From: Candidatus Bathyarchaeota archaeon
GTDB lineage: Archaea > Thermoproteota > Bathyarchaeia > Bathyarchaeales > Bathycorpusculaceae
Direction of reading: 5' to 3'
DNA: 49,406 nt
Assembly (NCBI GenBank): GCA_963772455.1
Contig: CAVYXJ010000019.1
Coordinates: 1 to 49,406, forward strand
Below are positions 10,005 through 20,322 of the stretch, piece by piece. The notes under the pieces were generated by a model. It was given only the letters and a program-made list of their open reading frames with translations, searched no databases and was not told the DNA's origin. How positions within the stretch are numbered: the stretch's first letter is position 1; every line of letters starts with the position of its first letter. Both the position numbers and the translations under genes were made by a program.

Positions 10005-10655
10005 CTATAAGCATTTGAGGTATTTGATTAGCTGTTGAAATTCTTCGGTTTTTTTCATCTGCCCCTTTTGTTGCATTTGAGCTATGCTAGACTTTATGTA
10101 GAGTCCGCCAGGAGGATAAAGTTGGCGAGCAACTAATGTAAAGACTTTACAGTTTTCTTTTCTTATCACTTCTTCTTTAAATCGCCATTTGTAAGGGCCT
10201 ATGGGTGGAAGCAGTGTTTCGGAAAGGACGACAAGCGCGAAATTTCTTACATTTGTAGTTGCTTCAAGCTCATTGAATTTATAGCGCAGTATCTTGTTTA
10301 GATCTTCTCGTGTTCCATCTTCAAGTGTTTTGCCCGCTACAGCGTTGTTCTTGACTTCAATAACCATCTTTACTTGGTCAGAAGAGTAGGTTTTTTGGTT
10401 TGGGTCAACACCGATTTTCAAAAGAAGTAGATCATTTTTGATGTTAGATCCTTGAATTATTACATTTGGAAACATTGAAAGGTTAAGGTCTTTTGTTAGG
10501 AGGTGATTGCGTAAAACTATTTCAGCGGGATTTCCATATTTCTCGTGAACTGTTTTTTCGTTTTTTTGTTTCTCAAATTCTTCACAAACCTCAATTAGCA
10601 TGGAATATTCTTCATCATTTTCGGTTAGGACTGGCTTTTTGGAGTAATTGGGCAC
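10005..10655 (-). CDS. Hypothetical protein, possible PD-(D/E)XK nuclease fold
   Basis: GNPAE...NDLLLLK...VIEVKNN fits the E / D / ExK catalytic arrangement. Confidence 0.55.
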   Translation of the reverse strand: MPNYSKKPVLTENDEEYSMLIEVCEEFEKQKNEKTVHEKYGNPAEIVLRNHLLTKDLNLSMFPNVIIQGSNIKNDLLLLKIGVDPNQKTYSSDQVKMVIEVKNNAVAGKTLEDGTREDLNKILRYKFNELEATTNVRNFALVVLSETLLPPIGPYKWRFKEEVIRKENCKVFTLVARQLYPPGGLYIKSSIAQMQQKGQMKKTEEFQQLIKYLKCL

Positions 10656-10752
10656 AAAATAGGATATCGTTTTTTAACATAAAAAGTTATGAGGTTCTTT
10701 TACAATTTCTAAAAATTGATTGAATGCTTTTAAAAAAAAATGAAAGAGTGCT

Positions 10753-11313
10753 TTATTTCACTTGCACTTTTCGCTTTTGTTTTTGGGGCTTTGGAGTCTT
10801 CTTTGGAAGTGTAATTTCCAAAACGCCGTCTGAAAGGTTAGCGTTAACATTTTCTACTTTGATTTCCTCGGGCAAATCCACATATCTATAGAAGCTGTTG
10901 CAAGCTCTTTCTTTGCAAATGTAGTCTTCTTCTTTTTTGTCGTATTTCCATCCAGACATAGCTGAGATTTCTATGCCGTCTTCTTGAACGTTAATTTCTA
11001 TGTTTTCTTTTTTGAATCCAGGCATTTCTGCTTTTAAGACAAAGTCTTTTTCGTTGTCTTCGAGATCAACGGCTGGAGTTCTAACTTCTGGAAGTTCCTC
11101 AAATATCATTAAATCTTCAGATGGGAACAGCAAATCTTCGAAGTCATTTCTAAAATTATCAAACACTTGGTCAAGGGCTTGTTCAATATCTCCTTGAGAT
11201 TGAGCCCGTCTACGTACAATTGTGGCTGGTTTCTTAGTTGGTTTAATTTGAGTTTCTTTTTTAATAGCTAATTCTTTAGAAGGTTTATTCTCTGATTTTT
11301 TATTTTGTGCCAT
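10753..11313 (-). CDS. Small heat shock protein (Hsp20/alpha-crystallin)
   Basis: PAVDLED, AEMPGFKKENI, FYRYVDLPEEI and ANLSDGVLEITLPK motifs. Confidence 0.95.
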   Translation of the reverse strand: MAQNKKSENKPSKELAIKKETQIKPTKKPATIVRRRAQSQGDIEQALDQVFDNFRNDFEDLLFPSEDLMIFEELPEVRTPAVDLEDNEKDFVLKAEMPGFKKENIEINVQEDGIEISAMSGWKYDKKEEDYICKERACNSFYRYVDLPEEIKVENVNANLSDGVLEITLPKKTPKPQKQKRKVQVK

Positions 11314-11467
11314 AAAAATCGCCTATAGTTAAGATATGCAGTTAATTCTTTTATTTATTTCGAAACAATGGAGCAACTATTTTGTGATTGTTTTAGAAAA
11401 TTGGATATTGCATGCTCAGGCATTTACCGGCTAAAGCTTTTATTTGCTTGATTGCAGAAGTCAGCAT

Positions 11468-12214
11468 ATGATACAGGTTAAGGTATCCCGTGGTAGCTTA
11501 AGCATTGTTTCCACTGTCTCAGAATTTTGTGAATCTATGGGATACTGCGAATTTAAAATAATGCTTGCTTTAAAAGGAATTAAGCCGCCTCCAACTGAAG
11601 CGACAATTGAAGGTGCTAAAGCTCACAAACGACAAGAGCAATTTGAAAAAGAACATTTTGAAATGGCCCCTGTGACTAGCGAGGAATTAGCTGACCTAAA
11701 CAAAGACGTTGAATTCGCGTATGAATCAATCAGCACTCGATTAATTGTTCCATTGAGTTTTCCAAATTACCGTGAAGCAAACTTGTTTATTTTTGGACGA
11801 GCTGATAAAGTTTACAGAAGCCATGGCACATTAATCGTTGAAGAATCCAAATTTCCGTTAAATCCAAGCAAATATCTTGAGACATTTGAGCCTTATCCTG
11901 ACCATAAATTGCAAACTTTACTCTACCTTAACTCACTTTTTGGTAGCGAAAATTCTTTTGATTCCAAAACTTGGTTTGAGATACCTCATTCTCAAAAGGC
12001 GTGGATCATAAATGTTAAAGACAGAAAAACTGGAGAAATAATTAAGACCTTTAAAGGTTTACAGACAAATGAATTAGAGCAATACTTGAAGTATAATCTT
12101 CAAAGGTTTGCACAAATAGCAGCCGGTGAACAATTGCCTTTGCATCATCGGAGACTGGCGAAATGCACAAAATGCAGGATTGAAAATTGCCAGCATAATT
12201 TATCCCTAAAATAA
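11468..12214 (+). CDS. Solo Cas4-like PD-(D/E)XK nuclease with Fe-S staple cysteines
   Basis: N-terminal YCE, GAKAH, GRADKV..IVEESK, QTLLY (QxxxY) and C-terminal CTKCRIENC. Confidence 0.75.
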   Translation: MIQVKVSRGSLSIVSTVSEFCESMGYCEFKIMLALKGIKPPPTEATIEGAKAHKRQEQFEKEHFEMAPVTSEELADLNKDVEFAYESISTRLIVPLSFPNYREANLFIFGRADKVYRSHGTLIVEESKFPLNPSKYLETFEPYPDHKLQTLLYLNSLFGSENSFDSKTWFEIPHSQKAWIINVKDRKTGEIIKTFKGLQTNELEQYLKYNLQRFAQIAAGEQLPLHHRRLAKCTKCRIENCQHNLSLK

Positions 12215-12650
12215 ATCAGCTGGAAGGGTTAGAGACTACTTTGTAATTGCGAGTTGTTGGTTTAAAGGAAGAGGATTATCCTATGTTCCGTTTACCGTTG
12301 ATCCGTTACCATTTCACGAAATGACTAGCTTCCCATAATTCAACTTCAGAAAGCTATCCCTTTACTGCCATAAACAAAGCTTATCTGCAGACATATAACA
12401 CAAGGATGATAAATTCTCCCTAGTTTTTGGCAAAGACCTTAAAGGCATGAAATCTTGCCTTAATGTTTTCCTCTTTTTATTATTCTTTTTTCCCGCACGA
12501 TTAGGGCAATGAAGCTTTTAATCTCCTATATGGAGAATGTTTTAAGTTGAAATGATGCGTTCCATTATCATTACCGGGAATTTTGGCTCCACTCTGGGAT
12601 TAACTTATTTTTGAAGTGGCAGATGTTTGTTTTCGCATAAATTGTCAACT

Positions 12651-12664
12651 ATGACGCGCGTCAT
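12651..12664. promoter_or_regulatory. Perfect 14-bp palindrome upstream of the CxxCH gene
   Basis: ATGACGCGCGTCAT is its own reverse complement and lies about 85 bp before the ATG at 12749. Confidence 0.3.
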
Positions 12665-12748
12665 GCGAAGCGGAGTTGGCAAATCAGTAAAATAGCCTTC
12701 TCAAATCGGTCTAAATACTTCAAAGTCGGTTCATGAAATAGATTAAAA

Positions 12749-14074
12749 ATGACGGTAAACAAAAAATCTAATACATCTGTCCTCAAAAAACACAGAGCCG
12801 CATTCTTGTTACTTGCAGTTACAATAACGGTTGTCATAGTCCTATTCATGTCTCCAGTGCGTGCAACATCTTCCAGTCCATGTGCAAGTTGCCATGGCTC
12901 TGATGGTTATAGTCAAACATTGACTGTCACTGCCGCCGCTACCCCAGCCACCATCAAAGTAGGCGATGTAATTACAGTTAGTGCCACAATGCAAAACGAT
13001 GTCGTTGGAACAACTCTTAATGACGTCTTAGGTAGCGTTTCAGCAACATTAAGCTCGCAAAGCGGTCACTTTTCAGTAAGTTCACCAACAATTAACGTTG
13101 GCACTCTAGATTCAGGAACCAGTGCGACAGTATCTTGGCAATTGACTGGAACATCTTTAGGCCCTGATGCATTAGTAATTAAAGCAGCTGCAACAAATTC
13201 ACACAATAATTTACGTTTTTCAGACAGCATTGCACCAGCCATCAGTATTGCTGCGCCTACTCCTGCTCCAACTCCAGTTCCAACTCCTGTACCAACTATT
13301 GCTCCAACTCCAGCGCCGACGCCGGTACCTACTCCAGTCCCCACTCCTGTTCCAACACCAGTTGCTACACCCATACCTACTCCTGTTCCAACACCAGTAC
13401 CCACACCTGCACCAACTGCAGCACCTACTCCTGTCCCAACTCCAGTTCCAACCCCTGTTCCTACTGCAGCTCCAACACCAGATCCTACACCTACACCAAC
13501 TATAGCACCTACCCCAGTTCCAACTCCAGTACAAACTCCAACACCATCACCAACTCCAATTCAAGAAACACCCTCTACCACAGCTCCAACCCCAATCCCA
13601 ACACCAACTCCGACAACACCAGAAACACCAACCCAAACTTCAGATACACCAACAACTTCAAACTCTCATACTCCAAGTGAAGATGACTCGCCCGACCATG
13701 AACGAGACTACTACTCAAATTGGATATTCCAAAACTCCTGGCTTAGACAATGGCATTACAAGTCTGAAAAGCAAAACCATTGGTCAAACTATCAATCACC
13801 AATTTACCCAAAAGAAACCTACAAAACTGATATCCCTCAAACAGATGATGACCACGAAAATGATGATGTTACGCGATCGACTGACTCATTTAATATCCCA
13901 CCATCGATCTTGTGGGTATTAGCTGCATTATCGACGCTTCCAATGCTGTTTCCCTTCAAAGGGAACATACTGTTTCAAAGTAAAAGAAATACGTTGAAAA
14001 ACACAAAGACAAATAGCTTTACAAATTTTCCGAGTTTAAAAAACTCGGTCCGCAATTTTTTTATAAAAGGATGA
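12749..14074 (+). CDS. Secreted putative monoheme c-type cytochrome with Ig-like domain, Pro/Thr stalk and C-terminal hydrophobic anchor
   Basis: Signal peptide, then CASCH (CxxCH), a beta-sandwich domain, a long PT repeat and hydrophobic [15 protein letters not shown]. Heme lyase gene directly downstream. Confidence 0.75.
   Translation: MTVNKKSNTSVLKKHRAAFLLLAVTITVVIVLFMSPVRATSSSPCASCHGSDGYSQTLTVTAAATPATIKVGDVITVSATMQNDVVGTTLNDVLGSVSATLSSQSGHFSVSSPTINVGTLDSGTSATVSWQLTGTSLGPDALVIKAAATNSHNNLRFSDSIAPAISIAAPTPAPTPVPTPVPTIAPTPAPTPVPTPVPTPVPTPVATPIPTPVPTPVPTPAPTAAPTPVPTPVPTPVPTAAPTPDPTPTPTIAPTPVPTPVQTPTPSPTPIQETPSTTAPTPIPTPTPTTPETPTQTSDTPTTSNSHTPSEDDSPDHERDYYSNWIFQNSWLRQWHYKSEKQNHWSNYQSPIYPKETYKTDIPQTDDDHENDDVTRSTDSFNIPPSILWVLAALSTLPMLFPFKGNILFQSKRNTLKNTKTNSFTNFPSLKNSVRNFFIKG
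13253..13620 (+). repeat. Coding Pro/Thr low-complexity repeat (PTPV/PTPA units)
   Basis: Degenerate 12-nt units translating to [15 protein letters not shown]... Confidence 0.9.
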
Positions 14075-14095
14075 TTTTAACATAGTTGTTTTCTG

Positions 14096-14503
14096 GTGAA
14101 TTTTTTGGTTCATGAATTATTTAACTCATATATGATCTTTATTCATCCACCGTTATCTATAATTGGATATGTCTTCATCTTCCTTTTCGCCATCTCTTTA
14201 CTTTTGTCTAAGAAATATGAAAAGAACACTGTCAAATATTTTGGAGTTGCCGCTTGGGTATTCACGTTCCTTGGTTTAGTTACTGGGATGCTTTGGGCAC
14301 AAGTTGCTTGGGGTAGCTATTGGTCATGGGATCCAAAAGAGACAATGACTCTAGTTTTATTCATTTCAGTCACTGCTGCCGAATTAGTTTACTTTGAAAA
14401 GAAACCTCAACTTACAAAATGGCTAGCATTAAGCTCATGTGTAATCACGATAATTACGACTTTGATTTCGTTTATTATTGCGGGTCTACATTCGTTTGCC
14501 TAA
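14096..14503 (+). CDS. Minimal cytochrome c biogenesis protein (CcsA/CcmF WWD family)
   Basis: [24 protein letters not shown] (WWD domain) and terminal GLHSFA His in only 135 aa. Confidence 0.9.
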   Translation: MNFLVHELFNSYMIFIHPPLSIIGYVFIFLFAISLLLSKKYEKNTVKYFGVAAWVFTFLGLVTGMLWAQVAWGSYWSWDPKETMTLVLFISVTAAELVYFEKKPQLTKWLALSSCVITIITTLISFIIAGLHSFA

Positions 14504-14621
14504 CAAAAAAATTTACCTTATTTTTTTTTAATTAAAAAAAGAAATGTTTTTGTTATTTTTCTTTAGTTTTTTTCAAATGCTATCTTGTTAAACCAGGACG
14601 ACGCCTGAAAAGATGTTGAAT

Positions 14622-15299
14622 TTATGAAGTTTGGTTCTTTTTGTTTTCCGCTGCTTCACGTATGTCTTTTATTCTTTGTTCAATCGTGGGGTAGACTTTA
14701 GGCATTAACCGTTCTATGCGCAGTCGTTTGGGTCGAAGGTTGTTTAGTTTAATCAGAGCTTGTATCATTGGTTCGCCGTTTAGGAACTTTAGTGAACTTA
14801 GGTCGCATTCGGTTTCTTGCTGGCGAAGCCATTTAGCATTAACGTATAGCCCTGCAATCAGGGCAAAGAACCCGAAGAATAAGGAGGCGAATAAACTATA
14901 GACAACGTTTCCTAGACTGTCAATTATGGGAAATGCCGTGTCAAGGGAGAAATTGAAAAATACCAACAAACCTATCAGGATTCCGATTATTGCTGCTGGA
15001 GATGTTATTCTAAAGAATTTTTTTGTTCCATGATTCTTTTTTAGGTGAGTGAATTCGTGGGCTGCCACGGCAAGCAATTCATCTGGAAGAAGAATTTTTA
15101 GATATGTGCTGTCGAAGAATACCTTGTCCATAAAAGCCATGGCGCCAGGCGCTAGGAAACCAACATTGTAGTATCGTTCCAATTTTGAGGTTTTCAAAAT
15201 TTTGGTTACTTTCATGGCTTGGGCGAGGTTGTCGAGGGGGTCGGATGGAAATGGTTTTGCTTTTAGTAGCCGTGAAAGTAGTGAGGTGATGATGCCCAC
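14622..15299 (-). CDS. M48/HtpX-like zinc metalloprotease
   Basis: ELLAVAAHEFTH, two TM helices, QETECD and YPTIEQRI. Confidence 0.88.
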   Translation of the reverse strand: MGIITSLLSRLLKAKPFPSDPLDNLAQAMKVTKILKTSKLERYYNVGFLAPGAMAFMDKVFFDSTYLKILLPDELLAVAAHEFTHLKKNHGTKKFFRITSPAAIIGILIGLLVFFNFSLDTAFPIIDSLGNVVYSLFASLFFGFFALIAGLYVNAKWLRQQETECDLSSLKFLNGEPMIQALIKLNNLRPKRLRIERLMPKVYPTIEQRIKDIREAAENKKNQTS

Positions 15300-15515
15300 G
15301 TTTCTTATCTCTCTTGTTTTAGAAAAGGTTTCACATACTTGAGATTTTCATTATGATTTCGTGATATGCTTTATCTTTGAAGTCTTTCTCACAAACTACC
15401 AGGACAAGTCTGCTCTCTGTTCCTTTACACTGATAAATCGTGAAGTATTTGCCGTCTTTGATTTCGTCTCCACACAAACCACATTTCTTCAAGTAAATCC
15501 CTCAAATCGTCTATA

Positions 15516-16745
15516 CTATTTTGCGTTGTTCATGGAAAAAGCTTTTTCTGCAATTGCCTTTCCCATTTGTCGTGCCTTTTGAAGATCGTTTTCTGCAGGG
15601 TTTCCATATATTGGAAGAGGTTCTCCAACAATTTCAAATCCTAAAGCGGCAAGTTCGGTAACCGTTTTTCGCGTTGCTTCCCCACTCCACCCAAAACTTC
15701 CGAATACCGCGGCTAATCTGTTGGAGAATTTTTTTGTTCTAAGCAAGTTTATAAAATCTGAGACTTTGGGGAAGATCTCGTGTTCATAGGTAGGTGTTCC
15801 GACAATTAATGCGGGTGATTCTACAAGAGCTGTTAAAGCATCGACAGGATGGACTTCTGATAGATTGAAGCTTTTCATTGTGCCACCTGCTTCTGTTATA
15901 CCGTCAGATATGGCAGTTAGGCATTTGGCGGTCATCCCGTACATCGAGCCGTAAACTACGACTACAGTTTTTTTATATGTGCCCTTACTCCAAGCGGTCC
16001 ACCGACCCAAAGTCTCTTTTACTGTTTGTGTGTAAACTGGTCCGTGACTTGGGGCCAAGATTTCGATTTGTAGATTCATTTTTTCGAATTTCTCGATGGC
16101 TTTTTGAATCCATTCTCTTTGTCCATTAAAGACGGAGGCAAAATATTTCTGAGAACATTCGCAAATGTTTTGTTTCTCCATGTCGATATCAGATTCCATG
16201 ATTGCCCCTTGGGGTAGTTTTTTGAATGCTCCAAAAGCATCACAACAAAACAGAATTTTATCTTCTGGTAGGTAGGTGCTCATGGTTTCAGGCCAATGAA
16301 GCCATGGAGTTTGAAGAAAATGCAGAGTCTTGTTTCCCAAAGAAAGCGTTGTATCGTCACCTTTGATTATGTTTGCTTGGGGGTCGATTCCGTAGAATTT
16401 TTTAAATATACTTTGGGCGATTGGAGAGTATACTATTTTGATGTTTGGTGCTTTCTGCAGGAGCGTTGGAATTGCACTGGTATGGTCGGGTTCCATGTGA
16501 TTGATAATTAAGTAGTCTATTTTGGAGAGATCTGTTATTTGGTTGATTTTTTCGAAGTGTTCTTGGGTTTTTTTTTCGTGGACGCTATCGATGAGAGCTG
16601 TTTTTTCTGTGCCTTTAATTAAGTATGAGTTGTATGAGACTCCTTCGGGTATGTTCCAAAGTCCCTCAAAGAGGGGGGTTTCGGTATCGTTGACTCCGAC
16701 CCAATAGATGTCTTTGGATATTTGGATGGATTGGTTGTTTGCCAT
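15516..16745 (-). CDS. fprA: Flavodiiron protein (A-type flavoprotein)
   Basis: NHMEPDH, WLHWPE, CDAFG, PSHGP and flavodoxin domain (YGSMYGMT, FGSFGWSGEA). Confidence 0.95.
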   Translation of the reverse strand: MANNQSIQISKDIYWVGVNDTETPLFEGLWNIPEGVSYNSYLIKGTEKTALIDSVHEKKTQEHFEKINQITDLSKIDYLIINHMEPDHTSAIPTLLQKAPNIKIVYSPIAQSIFKKFYGIDPQANIIKGDDTTLSLGNKTLHFLQTPWLHWPETMSTYLPEDKILFCCDAFGAFKKLPQGAIMESDIDMEKQNICECSQKYFASVFNGQREWIQKAIEKFEKMNLQIEILAPSHGPVYTQTVKETLGRWTAWSKGTYKKTVVVVYGSMYGMTAKCLTAISDGITEAGGTMKSFNLSEVHPVDALTALVESPALIVGTPTYEHEIFPKVSDFINLLRTKKFSNRLAAVFGSFGWSGEATRKTVTELAALGFEIVGEPLPIYGNPAENDLQKARQMGKAIAEKAFSMNNAK

Positions 16746-16994
16746 AGGATTGCCTTCAAGAGTAAAAATTGTATACTTACTTGGCATTTAACTTTATGTT
16801 AATACAATAAATGTGGTTGGAGTTAAAGTGGGTTTGCCGAAGCTCTGGACCATATTAGGAGAAAAGGCGAATGCAAGCGCCCTTTTACTTTAGCTATTTC
16901 GTAAGTTTTAACCAGAGCCTACTCAGCCCCAACTTTTCTCCAATGCATTTTTTAAAGACTAAAAAAGGGGAGGGATTGTTTTTGTTTGATGTTT

Positions 16995-19874
16995 TTATGC
17001 TTTCTTTCTGAGCAGTAGCAATGCAACTATTGCAATTGCTATTATGATGGCTGCTGTTGATGCTGCAAAGTACATCTCTAGTGGTGGTGATGTTGTGTCG
17101 GCGATTGGACTTGGGGTTGGTGTTGGGGGTGCTGGATCAACTGCGAATGCTGTGACTGCGTGTGATGGCCAGTACGAGTTAGAGCCGCCAAACGAGGCAT
17201 ATACTGAGTATTGTCCGTCAATGTCTGGTTTCCAGTTGAATGCAAAGAATCCGTCAGCGTCGCTTGTTGCTGTTCCAATGTTTCTGTAGTTGCCGTTTGA
17301 GTCAACAACACTGATTGTGATTGGAACACCTGTTGTGCTCATTGGGCGTGGCTTTTGCATGTAGACATATTCCATCCATTCGCTTTGGCTTGCGTCTGAG
17401 ACTGCTGGGACTCCTAGTGGGAATCTTGCAGCTTGTTCTTTCTGTTTCGTGCCTGCGGAGACGTCGGTGATTGAGCCTTTTATCATGACACTACTGCCGC
17501 TAGCGACTACGTCGTCAGCGATTGATACTGTCATTTGGCTTGGTCCTTTGCCGATTGCGTATACTTGTGCGTCATAGTTGTTCCAGTATGTGAGGATGCC
17601 GTCTGCAACTTGTGTTGTGTATGGATTTGCCCATCCGATCATTTCCCAGATAGGTTCTCCAGTGGTGACGTTTAGACATCGTGTGTGTGCGTTCTTGAAG
17701 AGTGGTGTATCTGCTGAGTGTTCGTGTGTTCCGATGTAGATTTTGCCGTCTGCGATTGCGTTGATCATGAGTGTGTAGTATTCGAATTTCTCCATGTATG
17801 TTGGAGCGTCATACTTCCACAACAGTTTTCCGTCGTTTGTGTCATATGCGAAGACCATTCCGACGTAGCCTGTTGAGAATAGTTTGCCGTATGCTACTGA
17901 CCAACCTTCTGGGTTGTAGCCTGTGCTGCTGATGTAGTATGCGTATGGGTTGTAGTCGCCTTCTGAGATTGTTTGCCATGCATATTGTCCTGTGTATAAG
18001 TCATATGCCACCCAAGACATGTCCGGAGTCTGTTGGAAGAAGAATATACCGTTCACGTCATCATGACCTTGGTACATTAGTTGTTGGTTGTCTTTGTTTA
18101 TCAGTGCAATGTTAACTGGACCCCAGAGAGTTGAACCAATTATTCCTTTTGCTGGGTTCAGGTTTAGTGCCCAGAATGTTGCGCTGTCAGCGATTGTGTA
18201 TGTTGGTGCTGATGGGATTGAGCCGTTGCTAACAAGCATTATGTCATTGTATACTACTGCACGGATAGTTGGCGAGTTTGAGAATCTTGGCGAGATTGTT
18301 ACGTTCCAGTCATAGCTTGGACTTGTTGATGATGTCCATCCTGCAGCTGTCATGCCTGCTGAAAGTGCGTACATCCATGCGGTTCCGTTCCATGTCCATG
18401 AGCCTGTCTGTGTGCCTCTTGGTATTTGTGTCCATGCAGTTCCTGTCCAGTTCATGATTGTTGTTGGTGTGTCTGTTGGTCGTACTGGAGTTATTGGTAC
18501 GTTAGCTTGGTAGTTTCCGGACACCTGTGAAATGAATATTCTTGATGAATTCCATTGATTCAGGTAGTATCCGTTTGTTGCACTGCCGCCGATGGTATAG
18601 CGTAGGTCTTCACCTTTTGGACCGTAGATTTCATTGTGAGAGTGTTCTGCAGTGTCTGATGGGACGTTGTTTAGTTTGAGTCCGACACCGTTGGTTATTC
18701 CAAGGCGTGGGTGAATTGCGAGTCCATAGTTGTCTGAGAATAGCCAGCTTGGTTCAACAACGCCGTGTTGGTTCATGTCATCCCAGTCGTATACGTAGCC
18801 GAATGCTGGGATTGCTGCCATTGTTGTGTTGCGCCAAATTTCTTGTCCAGTTTGTAGATCAACACAAACGTAATCGCCTGGAGATGCAGAGTACCAGTTT
18901 GATTCGCGATAGTACAGTCTGCCTTCCATGATTATTTGTGATTGTGGGAATCTTGTTTGGTATTGGTGTCCAGCGTTGAATGTTTCTCCATCAACTGAAA
19001 AGCTTGTTCCACCGACTACTCCTCCGTCTTCTGTTTGTTTGGTCCAGAGTATGTGTCCGCTGTTTGGTGCTGTTCCGTCTGGTTGGTATTTGTTGTTGTA
19101 TCCGCCGTTGTTTTTGTCATGTGCGCTGTTTAGCCAGTTTGATGAGATTTGGTACCAGTCTGTGTTCTGACCTTCGATTGGGCGAGACCAGAATTCAGTT
19201 GGTAATGGAACTGGTGTCCAGCCGATTGGTGTTTGTGGTTCTGCTAAGACTTCAAAAGGTACAGTGTAGGTGCTTTCTTTCAAAACAACGCCATACCAAT
19301 CTCGTTCACCGGATGTGCCGTAAGCTGTGTGTGGTGTAGCTGTGCCCCAGAACTTTACTGTAGCAGAGTAGTTTCCTACCTGGGTTGGTACCCAAGTTGT
19401 CCATGCTGCGCCAGTTGAGTCAGAGACGAATTTGCCGTCTTGTATTGCTTGATTGTATATTCCTTGTGCTCCAGTTGGAGGTAGTGTCTCAGTTGTTCCG
19501 TCGGGTTTTGTGATGGTGATTGTGTATAGGTATCTGTCTGTTGATGGTGTTGGTACTTGTGGGTTGAAGAATATGAAGGTCATTTCTTGGCCTGCGCCTA
19601 CAGGTTTGGGTGTTACTGAAATGAAAACGGCTGTAGGAACTGTATCGTTCCATCGTGTCCACATGAGTAATCTGGTAGTTGAAGCGTTTATGCTGTCTGC
19701 GCCGGTGAAATCCCATTTCATGCCGGCTGCTTTGGCAGCTGCAGTTGCAGTGTCTAATCCTGCGCTAGCTGGTTGTATTGCAAAGAGCGGTATTGACATT
19801 CCTATTATTAGAATTACAGTTATCAAAGTAGCCATTGTTTTATTTTTATTTGTTTGCATTTTTCTTTTCCTCAT
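16995..19874 (-). CDS. Large secreted PQQ-like beta-propeller surface protein
   Basis: Signal peptide; repeated 'D/NxxTGxxxW' blades; EHS motif; PTP linker followed by a TM helix and RKKA. Confidence 0.85.
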   Translation of the reverse strand: MRKRKMQTNKNKTMATLITVILIIGMSIPLFAIQPASAGLDTATAAAKAAGMKWDFTGADSINASTTRLLMWTRWNDTVPTAVFISVTPKPVGAGQEMTFIFFNPQVPTPSTDRYLYTITITKPDGTTETLPPTGAQGIYNQAIQDGKFVSDSTGAAWTTWVPTQVGNYSATVKFWGTATPHTAYGTSGERDWYGVVLKESTYTVPFEVLAEPQTPIGWTPVPLPTEFWSRPIEGQNTDWYQISSNWLNSAHDKNNGGYNNKYQPDGTAPNSGHILWTKQTEDGGVVGGTSFSVDGETFNAGHQYQTRFPQSQIIMEGRLYYRESNWYSASPGDYVCVDLQTGQEIWRNTTMAAIPAFGYVYDWDDMNQHGVVEPSWLFSDNYGLAIHPRLGITNGVGLKLNNVPSDTAEHSHNEIYGPKGEDLRYTIGGSATNGYYLNQWNSSRIFISQVSGNYQANVPITPVRPTDTPTTIMNWTGTAWTQIPRGTQTGSWTWNGTAWMYALSAGMTAAGWTSSTSPSYDWNVTISPRFSNSPTIRAVVYNDIMLVSNGSIPSAPTYTIADSATFWALNLNPAKGIIGSTLWGPVNIALINKDNQQLMYQGHDDVNGIFFFQQTPDMSWVAYDLYTGQYAWQTISEGDYNPYAYYISSTGYNPEGWSVAYGKLFSTGYVGMVFAYDTNDGKLLWKYDAPTYMEKFEYYTLMINAIADGKIYIGTHEHSADTPLFKNAHTRCLNVTTGEPIWEMIGWANPYTTQVADGILTYWNNYDAQVYAIGKGPSQMTVSIADDVVASGSSVMIKGSITDVSAGTKQKEQAARFPLGVPAVSDASQSEWMEYVYMQKPRPMSTTGVPITISVVDSNGNYRNIGTATSDADGFFAFNWKPDIDGQYSVYASFGGSNSYWPSHAVTAFAVDPAPPTPTPSPIADTTSPPLEMYFAASTAAIIIAIAIVALLLLRKKA

Positions 19875-19950
19875 TTATTTGTTGAGCATAGAGGCTAGAT
19901 CTATTAGTTAGAAATGCCCTCTGCCCATAGCCTTCCATTATCGCTGATAT

Positions 19951-20322
19951 TTGTATATAAAAGGGGTTGGAAAGTGGTCACTGCCGACAATATTTGGGGG
20001 AAAAAAAGATGATTCTGGCACTGTTAAGGGATCTATTGAAAAGATAATTCCATCAGCAGGTCAATTCATTGCCAAATCGATTAAAAAAGACATTTGTTCA
20101 AACTATCAAATTATTGATATTAAAGAAATTTGGATTGGTACCCAACAAAAAACTGTTAAGGGTTCTCAATGTATGCTTTGGACAAATGATCAAAATATCA
20201 TTCATATCTATAGAGAAAATTTTAAGAGGATTTGGAATCAGGCGCGTATTTTGGTTTTGATTGGTGCTAGTGTTTCATCGTTTACTTGTTTTGTTCTTTC
20301 TTTTTCGGAATGTTTTATTTAA
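19951..20322 (+). pseudogene. Possible remnant of a TrmB-like regulator C-terminal domain
   Basis: IIDIKEIWI...LWTNDQNIIHIYRENFKRIWNQA resembles TrmB-family C-termini, but no HTH is present. Weak call. Confidence 0.3.

Noticed and set aside
13066-13534. Antisense and alternative-frame ORFs (GVGTGVG..., WCW-rich, LLQ-rich)
   Set aside because: Shadows of the Pro/Thr repeat; the same holds for 28817-29146.
13253-13620. Repeat tract near a Cas4-like gene as a CRISPR array
   Set aside because: These are degenerate codon-level Pro/Thr repeats inside an ORF, with no constant repeat and unique spacer structure. The same applies to 28820-29060.
17044-19911. Multiple plus-strand ORFs within the beta-propeller gene
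   Set aside because: Antisense shadows caused by strong codon bias; no motifs.
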